Shown in pieces: positions 31,101-50,650 of a DNA stretch of 64,000 nucleotides. This DNA is from Camelus ferus (taxonomy: Eukaryota): the NCBI RefSeq assembly GCF_009834535.1, contig NC_045714.1, positions 15,314,001-15,378,000 on the forward strand, in the 5' to 3' direction. Position numbers and translations under genes: made by a program. Each line of letters begins with the position of its first letter. The first letter of the stretch is position 1. Under the pieces are notes generated by a model that was not told where the DNA came from, did no database searches, and worked only from the letters and a program-made list of their open reading frames with translations.

Positions 31101-34100
31101 GGTGTTGTTGGGGTGTCCCCAGGCCCCTGTTGGGGCTTTGTCTGCCCCTTCAGAGCTCCCAGGAACGGGCCAGGTCCCCTGCAGAGTGGGGCTCCTGACA
31201 GCAGCCCCATATATCTCTCTCCGTAAAGGGGTCAAGTATGGAGGACCCTGCGGGAGGGGACACCACCCCTAAGGAGGCGCTGGGGCTGGGCGTCCACCCT
31301 GGGGGGATGGGGGCAGGAGTGGGGCTTCTACCAGTGCTTCTCGGGACCGGTGTGGGAATGGAGGGGGCCCCCTGGCGGTGGGCCTGGGTGTGTCCAGGAG
31401 GGCTTGCTGGCAGAAGGAGACTGGTAGGTCTGGGAAGGTAAACTTGGCTGCCCAACCCCCGCGCCCCTGACGGCTCAGCCCCTGCTCCTTGCTGATCCCT
31501 CTTCACTTCTGACCTCTAATCGGAAGGCCCACCCCCCCACCCACATGCTCATGGCTCAGTCTCCAAACCCAGCCTGGCACCTGGCACCTCCTCATCGGGT
31601 CCACTCGCACCCACTCCTCTGCCTGGGCCCATCTCAGCAGGAGGTGGAGGACCTGGGGGTCCCAGGGAGAGGGCCCTGCCTGGCTCTAGGAGGGTCTGTG
31701 TGTCAGGCGTTTAGCCCAGAGCAGCGAGCGGGCCCTCTCTGGGGATGGGTATGGGGCTCGTCTTTGGGGCTCCCCTACTGGGTGGTGGCCAGTATGTGTT
31801 GGTTCTTTCCAGCTCCACCGCCCCAGTGCCATGTTCCTTCTTTCACCTATTGGGTGTCTGGGGGCCAGAGACACGGCAGAGGAAGGAACACAGGCCCTGT
31901 TCTCCAGGCTGAGCAGTTCGTGGGAGACAAGACACCTCACAGGCAGTCCGTCTGTGTCTGTGTGTGTGATCTGTCCTGTGCCCAGTGTGTGCACACGTGG
32001 GTAGCTTCACGCATCCCCATGTGACTCGGGTTGTATGCTTGTGCACACCTGAGACACAGCAAAGAGGAGGTGGCGTCAAGTCGGGTCTGTGGGTATGGCC
32101 AGGTTCACACAAATGCCCTAGAGGAGAACCCCATGGTTTCATGTCACCCTCCAGGGTGGCATAGGGGGGTCTGTGTGCCCAGGCAGCTTGTTGGGGGGAG
32201 TTCCTTGGAAGAAGTTCCCAGGGTTGGGTGGGGTCCACGAGGGGCCTTGAGTGGGCCATGAGCGTCCTGAGCAAGGTTCCGGGGTCGTGAACTCATGAGG
32301 GGCCCTGGGACCAGGAACTTCTAAGGTGGGAAGTGGGTCAGTCATTGCTTCTCCAGCTTGAGCCCTGGTGAGGGTGGGACCTGCTTACAGCCCCCACAAG
32401 TGAGGACCACTCTCCAGGACTGACCACAGTCCCACTCTGGCTGATTCACGGTTGTGGCCAGAACCAACCGGCCCTCCTGGGAGGAGTGGTGGATGCCTAG
32501 CCGGCAGCCGGTCTGTGGCTCACTCCCACCACCTAGAGGCTTCTGCGCAATGTGGGTACTGCAGGTTGCAAGGCAAGGTCACCCCGCGGGACTCCCACTT
32601 CCCACTCCCCCTGCAAGGGGTCACCTCCCCCCGCCACGGTGGTGGCTTCTATGCAGGACTGCCCTGTATCAGGGTTCAGGGAAGGGCTATGGCTCCTAGG
32701 TCCCCAGCTCAGAAGCACCCTGCCTCCTCTGCCACCCACCCCCACCCAGCCGTCCTGTCCATTTGCTCTGCCCTGTCACCCGTCCTCCCCAAGCTGGGAC
32801 CTCCTCCCACAGGGCCCATTACTCTCGAGGGCCATGGCGTCCCTTTGTCTGCAGCCTCGGGGCTCCAGCCGAGGTCCACTGAGACATGCGAGGCTCCCGG
32901 TGAGCTGTCTCTGTGGCCCTTGCCAGGGACCTCTGAAGTCAAGGCTTCTCCTGAAGGAGGGGGGCCCAAGGTGGGTGGCCTGGATTTCCACTCTGGCTGG
33001 GCAGTGGCAGGGCCTGGTGCCCAGCTGACAGCACCTCCTCGCCTCTGTGTCCTCGCTTTGGTGCCCCATCACGGGGCAGTGCTCAAAGCGAGACTCAGTG
33101 TTACCAGAAGACCAGTTACACGGACACACAGTTATCATATTAGTTCCTAAAACATGTGATGTAGAAACTGAGGTGCCTCTTACCACTGCAGTCCCAGCAG
33201 CACTGAGTGACAGCAGGACGTGGGGGTGTCAGCGGGATGACCACGGCACAAAGTGGCTCGAGTGTGTGCTGGGCTCAGTCCCAGCACTGTTACTGCTTCC
33301 TTTGTAACTGAAGGGACAGTATCCCCCACCTCCCGAGATCAAAGCAAAGGAGACGGAGAGACCTTCCCACTGGGTTTCTTTTCTGATGGGAAGGTTGGTC
33401 CCTGACTCCCTCTCACCCGCCCCAGTCCCCCGCAGTCAGTCCCTGTCCTGCGACTGCCTCTGTCCCTCTCAGCAGCCTGGATACGGGCACAGGGGCTGGG
33501 GTACAGACTCCTGACCACCACTCACCTACCTACCAGCTCTACATTCTCTGCACTCTCAGAACACAGCTCCCAGCCCCCTTAGCCCCCGCCCTCCTCTGGG
33601 TGCCCGATGCTCAGTGCCCAACCAGGTGGCTGGAGGCCTGTGCCTCTGCTTCGTGTGGTCAGAGGACAAAAGCCCCAGGGCCCCACCCCTGGGGATACAG
33701 AAGGCAGGGGGTCTTCCTTGTTAACCAGCTCCCGGGGTCATGTTTGAGAGTCTTTGTGGTTTAAAACACCCAACCCAGCCACACACAGAAGCCTCCCTTC
33801 CTCAAAGCCCTGGCACTGGATGGGGGCAGCCCCTCGCAGGGTGGTCTGCCCAGCACTGGGAGGGGCGAGTTCTCAGGCTGGTTTTCCCAGGTGCCTGCAC
33901 ATCCAGACCTTTCCTGAGCACTTTGTCCTCATCTGTCCTGTGGAAATCAGGTTGGGATTGGCCTCAGGGCTGGCTCCTGAACAGTGACCTGCTCCCGGGG
34001 GCTAAGCTGACCGACCAGACCCTGCCCTAACTGGTGCCTCCACCGGGGCCGGTCATGTGGCTCAAACCCTTCCACAAGCCCCGGTGATGCTTCTGAGAGG

Positions 34101-35856
34101 CCTGTCCTCATCCTCTCCTTTCTGACTCCAATCTTAGGGACTGGAAGCTGTTTGAGGTTTCTCGGACATGTATTTGCCTGCTCCGGAGGGCCAAGGCCAA
34201 GTGTTCTGCTCCATGTGGGTATCCCTCTGCTCCAGCCTTGGTCAGAAGCCATGGCTGAACTCAGCATTTCACAGCGCCCTGTTATGGTGCTAGGGGGTCT
34301 CCCGAGGGGAAATTACCGCCAATCAGTCCTTCAATCAACTTAACCCTGTGTGTCAGGGGGGGCCTAACTGGGCAGCCTCCATGTATACCTGCCTGTGTGG
34401 GGGCTCCTTCCTCTGGCCAGTGGTCCACTTGAGAGCAGGGTTGAAGGGTGTGTGCCTCCCAGCTTCCCTGTGTCCCTGGTGTGGTCAGAACCTCAGAGGC
34501 TGCAAACACTCAGACCAGGGGATTTTGGCTATGGAGACTTGTTTGGTTGGGCTGGGCTAGAGCTATGGCCCCAGTTTACAGTGACGGGCAGGATCAGAGC
34601 TAGTGTGGAAACTGGTGCTGTGTTCACCCATCACAGGTCTTTGCTGCCTATGAGAAATTCCATGATTTTTCTTATGATTACTAAGGAATCTCATAACTGC
34701 CCATGTTTCTCTTCACTTTGGCTGCTGGGAAGCTGTCATGTCTAAATGCCACTTGGAGTCCAAGGCATGGTCATCTGGACATCTCATCTGCCACCTAGTC
34801 TCACAGTTACTTGGCCTGAATTTCAGTGACTGTGGGGCCCACAACACTAGGCATCAGTCCCCTGGCCTCTACCCTCCACCAAAGTTGTGCCCCTTCTGGC
34901 AGACCACCTAGCTTGTGCATCATTGAGGAGGTGGCAGACGTCTGGTGGTTGTGCTGGCCGTGCCCCTCTACCCAGCCTTCCCGAGGCAGGGCCATCCCTC
35001 CAGTTGAGTGCAGTCTTGTCCTTCCCAGGGCCTCCACCAGCAACGGGGATGACAACCCAACTGCTCGTGCTCTGTCCCCTACCCGCTCTCAGTGCACGAC
35101 GTAAATCAGCTCTCATCATCCTGACAGCTGCCCTGTGAGGCAAGCACTACCACCATCCCCGTTTCACAGACGGGGAGGCCGAGGCACAGAGAGCCCGGGA
35201 TTCGCACCTGGTAGCTGACTTCGGAGACAGGGGCCCTGCGCACGCCTCTTCAGGCCCCCCGGCGCCTTCCTAGCCTCAGCCTGGGCGTCTCCCAGACCCA
35301 GCACCCCGCGACTGCCCCCTCCACCTCCCTGTGCACGAGGCCCCGCGGCCAGTATCCAGGCCCGGAGAGAGTAAACGGACTCCAGCGTGCCTCTGAGGCC
35401 CCGCGCAGTCGTACCCGGGCCTTCCCAGCTAGGAGCGCCGGGCCCCGCACCACCGTCCCCAGGCCCCTCTGGACCCCGCGCTGCCGCAGCGCCCTCCGCC
35501 GGCTAAGCTGCCCGCGCGGGGGCTTGTGGGACTGCGAGGCCTCCGGCCTCGGGGGCCTCCGGCGGCCGTCCGTTTCAGGACTACACTTCCCAGGAAGCTG
35601 TGCGCGCTCGCCTGGCCCCTGGGGGTTGTGGTCCGCAAAGGGGAGAGCGCGCGCAGGGTGGTCAGGCGCGGGAACTACGTGTCCCAGGATGCAGCGCGGC
35701 GTCGCGGGGGTCGGGGGTTTGAACGGAGGGTCTCCCGCCCGCGGCAGGGCTGCGTCTGCTGCGGCGGGTGAGGGAGGCGGCGGCGGCCGGGACTGGGGTC
35801 CGGGCCGGGAGGCTGAGGCTGGCGCGGCGGGCGCTGGGGGCGCTGCCCCCGAGGCG

Positions 35857-43359
<7,503 letters not shown>

Positions 43360-43549
43360 GCCCCTGTGCACCTGTGCCTGCAGCCTTGGGCCGAGGCCAG
43401 CACTGGCCACCACCTCCCCCATTCCCTGCCAACAGATGCAGCTTCTCTGGAGACCTGCCCTGTGCCCACCTGGCCTTCCTCAGAAGGCAGCACATCCTGC
43501 CCCACCCCACCACTCGCCTGCAGTGCACCTTGTCTCTTTCCCCCAGATT

Positions 43550-43555
43550 ATTAAA
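43550..43555 (+). terminator. TCEA2 polyadenylation signal ATTAAA
   Basis: ATTAAA about 190 nt after the stop, followed by T/GT-rich sequence. Confidence 0.7.
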
Positions 43556-44993
43556 TGTTTCTTTTTGCCACCGTTTTGTCCCTAGCCCTTGGGTCCTGGT
43601 GGGCCACGCACAGGCTTGGGCTTTGAGCTGGGCCCCCTATCCCCCACATCTGGTCTAACACCCCACCTCCACCTGGGCTGCAGGGGCAGCCCTCCTCCCT
43701 GGGGTCAGGGGTCACTTGGCCTGGTAAGGCAGGGCCTGGGAGGCCCCATGTGAGGCTCATGTGGGAAGGGCCCTGGGCACACACAGGACCCATGGTCTCA
43801 TGACCTCCCCCTACACTGAAGCTCAGGGTCCAGGGATTGTGGGTGGGAGGCCAAGTCTGGGCCCCTTCAGGATCCCCTCCCTGGCTCGTTGAGGCAGTGT
43901 GGATGGGGGTGGACTCCCGACCAGAGTCTCTGGGCCCTGGTTGCAGCTTTGAAGTGCTTCACCGACCTCAAATTAAGGGTCAGGGCGGCAAGCGTGTGCC
44001 TTGTGTGGCCTGTACAAGGCACGGTACAAGTGACAGTGCCTGGCACCCAGGGACGTCACCCCCATCAGTGTCCTGCCCTAGCTGGCCAGCCTCTGATACC
44101 CTGCCCACCCATCGCCTGCCCAGTGCTGCTTGTATCATCAGCCTTGGTGCCTTGGTGTTGAGAGGCTGTGGTGCCCTCGCGTGGGAAGGGGTGAGCACAG
44201 CTGCCCTCTGGGCTCGTTGCTGACAGGTGGGCCTGGGGCAGAGCACGCGGGACCAGGCCCCTTCCCTGAGCAGGGCTGCTCCCCTGCCGGGGGTCTGGGA
44301 CAGCTCGTCCTCTAACCCCCCCACAGCGTGGACAGAGGAGAGACTTTGGTTTAAAAGCATCTTCAATAATAAGATCCTATTTTAGGGGGGAGAGGGGTGG
44401 AGTTAAATATGAAAACAGTTTTCTTTTTTTTTTCATAAAACACACAGTGAGGACCATGTTTCCTGGTTTAAACTCTAAAAACACATAAAAGAGATACTGG
44501 GTCCTGCTCCCTTGAGCCTGGTTCTGAGGTTCTGGTTCTGGGATCCTGGGGTGCAGATGGCACCAGCTGGAGGTCTCATGTCAGAGAACTGGACAGTTCA
44601 GAGGTTCTCTTCCCCACCAGGGCATTTCTTGGGGCCCCCAACTGCCTGGGGAGGAGGACCCAGTGAGGTTTGTGGGTCCAGGGTGTTCCCAGGGAGGGTG
44701 CCTCCTCTTACCACGTGGGACCCCAGCAGGAGCACTCTGCCGGCCAGTGGGGGCTGGTGTGGGAGGGGGCGCTAGGGCCCAGAGGCCCTCACATCTGCCT
44801 CTCAGGAGGACTTTGGGGCACTAGGACCCCTAGGCAGGGAAGGGGGCTTCTGCCCTGCCCTGCACCTGGAGCTCCTACCTGGGACTGCCCCAGGGGTGCT
44901 GGGCCCTGCAGGTGTGCCCGACACCTGCTGACATTCGTGAGAAGTCTCTGCCCACGGGAGAGGGCCCTAGTCTGGGCTGCGAGAGTGGGCAGC

Positions 44994-47172
44994 CTAGGCC
45001 TCGCTGGAAGACGGGGAGCCCCCCCGGAGCAGCAGGGCACGGTAGGCAGGGGAGCTGAGGAAGCGGGGGTAGGAGTCTCGGTGCATGAGTGTGTAAATCT
45101 GCAGTTGTGCGTCGTCGAACGTGTGTGCCGACGGCTCCTGCATCTTCTTGTTGATGCCCTCCCGCACCCGGGAGTCCAGGCTCACCTGTGGGTGGGACAG
45201 GGCACCGCGGTCAGAGGGTCTGGGAGGCCGAGGCCCCCGCCCCCGGCCCCGCGCAGCACACCTCCTTGGGGGACAGGATGGACACGTAGTCCTCATAGAT
45301 GAGCCGCGCCTTCTCATCCACCACGTGCTGGTTGGCCTCAGCCTTGAGCTCCTCGCAGGCCAACCAGAAGAGCATGTTCTCCTCGCTGTACTCCGTGCGC
45401 AGGAACTCCCGGAACACGCTGCGGCCAGCCGGGCTGTGCATCAGCTTGTCGAAGGACCGGGCCCAACTCTGCACCTCCTCGGGGCTTGGTGCGGTGCTGC
45501 GGGCAGCCGCCACCTGGCCAAGTCAGGCCTGGTCCCCTCAGCCCGGTTTGGCCCCCTCCCCGCCCTGGCAGACGTGCACCCCCGGGCCACTCACCAAGCT
45601 TCGCAGCTGGGGAGGGGCTGTAGCCTGCTGTCCCGCGAGGCCCGCCATGCTCGCCGCCGCTCTTCGTTCCTGGTGGCAGAGAGAAGGGTGGCACTGCCGT
45701 CCTCTGCACGTGTGTGAACGCAGGATGTTCAGCACACAGTAACACCAGCACGTGTAAACCCACTGCAGGTGGGCAGCCCTCGGGTCTGCTGCTTTCCCAG
45801 CCCATCTGGTCCCTGGGCCCAAGGCCCGGCCAGCAGCACGACTGCCTGCTCGCCTTTGGGACTTCACGGGGCCCTGATGTGCCCCTCCCTCCCTGGCCTG
45901 GCCACGGCACCCCCCTGCTTTCTCCCAGAGACCCCAGCTGCTGCAGTGGAAGCCCCCAGCCTGTGTCTGACCCCTGACTCTTCCTAGGGGCCCTTCTCAC
46001 TCCCTTGGCTTCTAGTACCCCATCATTGTGGGCTCCCAAATCCATACCTCCAGCCGGACCTCTCTCCAGGGCCACTAGGATGGCTAATAGACAACTCAAA
46101 CCCAAAGGTCCAGACAGAACTCTGTCCCTACCCTACTGCCTGCCAGACCTCATACTGCCCACAGCTAAACTCTCAATGAGTCCTGACTCTTCACAGCCTC
46201 CCGGCTGTACCCCAGGCCACCCCTCTCCTGTTTTAGGCCTGGGCTCAGGCCTCGGTTGCTCGCTGGTCAGCTGACCCCCTCTTTGGGGCCCCTCAGCGCT
46301 GTCTGCTCAACAGCAAAGGCTGGAAGCCTGAAAAGAGCCAGGCCTCCACAATGAACCAAAAACCCACAGGTTCCCGACATGCCTAGAAACCAGTTACCCC
46401 CTAGACACCCCATGCCCACCACCTGTACTGTCCCAGGGCCACATCTCTGCTAGAAGCGACCCCACCTGACACAGTTTGTAGGACGTCCTTCTGTCTACGC
46501 CTGCTGTAGGTTCCCAGAGTCAGCCTGGGCTGGCTTATGCTGCGTGCGCACACGCGCACACGCGCGCACACATGTGCTGGCCAGGTGCCTGCACGTGGAC
46601 ACATCCTTGAACACACCAGGCATGAAAGTCACACACACACAGGGGCCTGGGCACGGGCTGCTGGTCACCAGGATGCTGGATGAATGCTGTGGGTGGCAGG
46701 GTGTCCTACCTGCAGGTGACACCTCAAAAGCCACTTGAGGGGCTGGGAAGTGGGATCCTGGGTCCCAGGTCTGCTCAGCCCACCCCTCCCCACCAGGCAC
46801 CGCATGCATCCCCAGGCCCACGTACCAGGAGCAGCTGCAGCAGCAGCACCAGCACAAGCAGCAAGGGTTGCGTCTTGGGGGAGCCGGGGGGGCCGCATCA
46901 TGACTGGACATTGAGGGGGGCTGGTCCGCCTCCTCTGGTCCTATGTGCTGGGGGAAGATGGGGCTGCCTCAGCCTCCAGGCCAGAATCTGTCGGAACCAC
47001 ACGCCTCTCCCCACCAGACTGCCCGCTGGTGGCGACGCTCGTTCCCAGGGGCATGGCCTTCTGGCCTCCCAGGTGTTTGAGGATCTCCCAACTCCCTGTC
47101 ATGCCCCCTCCAAGTTCCTCCAAGGGGGCAGAGGGGGCGCACCTGCTTCTCAGCCTCATGCGGGGTGGGCAT
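44994..47172 (-). CDS. RGS19: Regulator of G-protein signalling 19 (GAIP), 217 aa
   Basis: Coding exons 47143-47172 (MPTPHEAEKQ), 46826-46947 (cysteine string CCLCWCCCCSCSW), 45595-45669, 45262-45496 and 44994-45185, 654 nt. RGS box FLRTEYSEENMLFWLACEELK and PDZ-binding C-terminus SSEA. Confidence 0.97.
46030..46170. mobile_element. L2 remnant (others likely near 4590-4640, 29760-29940, 38130-38250, 51400-51560, 56330-56580)
   Basis: L2-like ctcccaaatccatacctccagccggacctctctcc...ggatggctaatagacaactcaaac. Boundaries approximate. Confidence 0.45.
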
Positions 47173-49601
47173 GGATGGGAGGAGGTCTTTGGGGCTCCGT
47201 GGTGCCTGCTCCAGGACCCTCACCACAGCCTGGGGGTCTGAGAAGAGAGCGTGGGTTCTCACTGAGAACTGGACACCGGCCCCTGCCAGCCCCCCACCTT
47301 CCAGACCACTCTGCCCAGGCTCCAACCCCCCACCCCAGCCTACACCAGGGCTGTGAGGGGGTGCAGGGTCAGGAAGGAGGGGGCCCCAGACAAGATCTCT
47401 GTAGGAGGTTCTGGGACACCCCCATCTGCTCAGTCCCTGGGAAGCCGGAAGCCTGGGTTCCTCTTTCTTGGTTTCCGGCTCCTGGCCCCTCCCAAGGGGG
47501 CAGGGGGCCTGCAAGAGTCTGGGGCTGTCAGGTTGGTGCACGGGTGATGGTCAGACCTTTAGACACCCCCTAACCCAGCTTCCTCCATCCCAGGTTTTCT
47601 GTGGGTAGGGCTGCCCCTGACCAGGAGGCCAGATTGGCCTGCTGGCCCCAGAGAATTCCCACCTGCTCATGGGGACTCAGCAGGGCAGCGGCCTAGGCCT
47701 GCAGCATGGAGGATTTGACTAGGATGTGGGGCGGGATGTCCTGAGGGGGTGGGAAGTGGAACAGGGCATGGGTGAGGAGGACCAGGAGCTGCCAGGGACT
47801 GCTGGCTTCTTAGTCCCAGACTCCTCCCTTGGTACCCCTACCCTTGGCTGGCATCCTACCGCGCCCAGGGTCTCCCGGCCTCCCTCCCCCCTCCCCCCAC
47901 CAGGCTGCGGAAACCACTGCGGGCCCGAGGCCTCACCGCAGGGCGGGCGCGCCAGGCGGGGAAGCAGGCGGCAGCGGGGGCGGGGGTGCGTCCTGCTCCC
48001 AGGTCTGAGCCGCTGGGTCCCTTCTGCTTGCCGTCTGAGCGCACCTTCCCAGTGGTGCAGGGGTATGGGGGACGCCGAAGTCCCAGCCGGCTGAGCAGCT
48101 CCGGCCTGTAACCCGCAGAACCAAGTGCGCGCGGGCGATGCGCGGGGCGGCCAATCAGTGTCCGGGAGGCAGTTTTGAATACCTCCCCACCTTCGCCTCT
48201 GCCGGCGCCCTCCTCCGCCCAGGTGAGGGCCCACAGGGCCTGGGGCGCCCCCCTGCATGTCTGCAGCACGGGCCTTCCTGAAAACCCGCTGCCGGTCTGG
48301 CAGCCAAGAGATTCACGACTTGGTTTCACTTTATTTTCTCATTTAATTATCATTCTCCCTGCTGACCCGCTATCCCTCTGCTTTTGGCCTTTGAATGTCT
48401 GTTCGGTCCATATTGGCCTCTCGTGGTCTCTGATGGCAGGAGAGGAGGGTGGATGCCCTAGGCAGTCACCAGGCTAGGCAGCGCCTGCGTTCCAGCTCCT
48501 GGCCAGGTGTGGTGCTCAGAGGTGACCGCCCGAGTTATGCACACTGAGGGCACCACTGCCTCCAGAGGCCCCTGCCCTGACCCGAATCTAGGGGCAAGGT
48601 GTAGGGTCCCATGGGGCCTTGGCCCCTCACCACCTGCTTGGCTTCCCCTGAGATCGTGGTGGCGGGACCCTCAAACTGGGTCCCACCAGCTTCCAACAAA
48701 CAGGTGGGGGAAGCAGTAGCCCCACAGCATGCCTTCCCTCAGGGGTCAAGTTTCTAGGGAAAGGAAGGGGTGTGGCAACCTCTGAGGTCTGGCAGCTGTA
48801 CCCCAGACAGGCTGTGACTTCCCCAGGCAGAGCGGCTCTTCCTCCTCTGCACCCCCACCCACTGTGAGTCGGGGCAGGGCCCCAATCCCCTCCCTCACCC
48901 TCTAGCACCCTGAAGACTATACCTCCTCAAGGCTGCCTTCTCCAACTCAGCTCTGAATTGGAGGAGGGACCTGTCTGAGTGCGCAGTGCTGAGGTGCTAG
49001 GGGCCAAGTCTGGGGCGGGGAGGCAGTCCCTTCTGTCCTGGTTACAGGCCCTGGATCTGGTCGCCCATCCCTGGACCCAGCTCCTTGCACCCTCCTCAGG
49101 CTGGTTGGGGCCACCTGTGCCCCCGGGGGCACCTGCTCTCCTTCCTGGTGAAGGTATAGGGTCTGAATTAAGTTTCCTTTCCTCTCATCCTGGCATTCGA
49201 CAGGGGACTCCCTCCCCTTCCCCAGCCCTGAAGTCTGGGATGGGAGAAGCTGGATAGGAGGCAAGTCTGGCCTCTGGGGACAGAGGCTCCCTCGGGAGCG
49301 GCTGCTGCTCTGCTCCACAGAAGGAAAAAGAACGTCCCCGAGCCCGCCCAGTCCAAAAAAAGAATAAGAATATGTGACAATCCCAGGAAAAAATGCCATA
49401 ACCTTTGGGAAGGAGGTTGACAGAGGGGCTCCATTCCTTTCTTCTCATCCGACTCAGTACCTTTTCTATTTGCTGCCCCCCTCATTTGGCTAGTGGGAGA
49501 CTCCCAGCCTGGCTCCTCCAAGGCAGGACAGGTCTTCCCAGCCCTGGTGACCCTCGCCCCAGCCCACCTCTGCAATGGTGGTGGCAACTCACTCCAACTC
49601 A

Positions 49602-49621
49602 CTCTCTCTCTCTCTCTCTCT
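49602..49621. repeat. (CT)10 microsatellite
   Basis: Read directly from the sequence. Confidence 0.85.
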
Positions 49622-50099
49622 GCTGGTAGGGTCTGGCCTGGAGAAGTCTGCCTCCTTCTTCAGGGTCCCTTCCTCCAGCCTTGACGCTCCCACCCCTACC
49701 TCAAGGAACTCCCCACGCGACCCACTCACCAGCGACCCAAAGGCGAGGTGGGGGCGGGAGGGGCCAGGTTCGCTCTGGGCCCCACCCTGGCTCTGCCGAA
49801 GGGGCGTGCACTGCAGCAGCAGGACTCGGGTCAGACGGCAGGAGGTCCTCCTGCACGTTCTAGAGCGAGGCTGGCGCCAGGAGCCCCCAATCGGCTTGGG
49901 CTGGGGGCGCAGCGCCTCCCCTGCGACTCGCAGTGCTGAGCGGCTGCCAGATCCAACGGGGTGGGGGCGGGGGCAGACCCGCTGTCCCGCCTAGGGCCCT
50001 CCCCACCAGGCTGAGGTGGGGGCGGGAGACGCGGAAACCTGGGTTCTTCCGGCCCCCCCCACTTTGAGCAATCACTTCCCCAGGCTTAAAGCTGCAGAA

Positions 50100-50650
50100 A
50101 AAGGGGAACCCTGTTGCAACGCCCCCTCCCCCACGCGCGGGGACTGGCTTCTGTCCCGCCGCGGCCCAGGGTCCACGTGGACCCCGCGGCGGGAGTCCTT
50201 AGGGTGCCGATCCCGGCGCCGGTTTACGAGGCTCCCGCCCCGCGCGGCCCCCGGGCCAGGGGCAGGAGGGACCAGGCCGCCGTCCTCGGCGCCGCGCGCG
50301 CGCACTCACCAGCCGCGCTCCTGAGTCGCTCGCGGCGCAGCCGCCGGCCCGCGCGCTCCGAGGTCCGACCGGATCGTCGGGGAGGGGGCGCAGGGTGCAG
50401 TGCGCAGGCGCCTCGGCCGCACTTCCCCAAAGCGCGGGGCCGGGACTTCCTCGCGCGGGGAGGCGCCCGGCCCGGCCCGCCCTGCCCGGCGCGCCCCGCC
50501 CCGCGCCCGGTCGGCTCCGCGCCCCACACGCCCCCTCCCCATCGCCCTGCGCGGTTCCGCGCGGCGCCTCGGTGCCCACCGCCTCTTAGGGGGGCCTGTG
50601 GAGCTGAGGTGCTAATAATGGGGCCTCTGGCCCCCTGGGCGGCCTGAGCT
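50100..50650. promoter_or_regulatory. CpG island; bidirectional RGS19 / OPRL1 promoter with RGS19 non-coding exon 1 (donor at 50310/50309, minus strand)
   Basis: Very CpG/GC-box dense, with a minus-strand donor CTG|GTGAGT. The head-to-head RGS19-OPRL1 arrangement is established in human and mouse. The exact OPRL1 exon 1 was not resolved. Confidence 0.75.

Noticed and set aside
25300-35200. Many 100-230 aa ORFs between SOX18 and TCEA2
   Set aside because: No recognisable homology, no consistent splice-frame chain, mostly non-ATG starts; expected by chance at this GC content.
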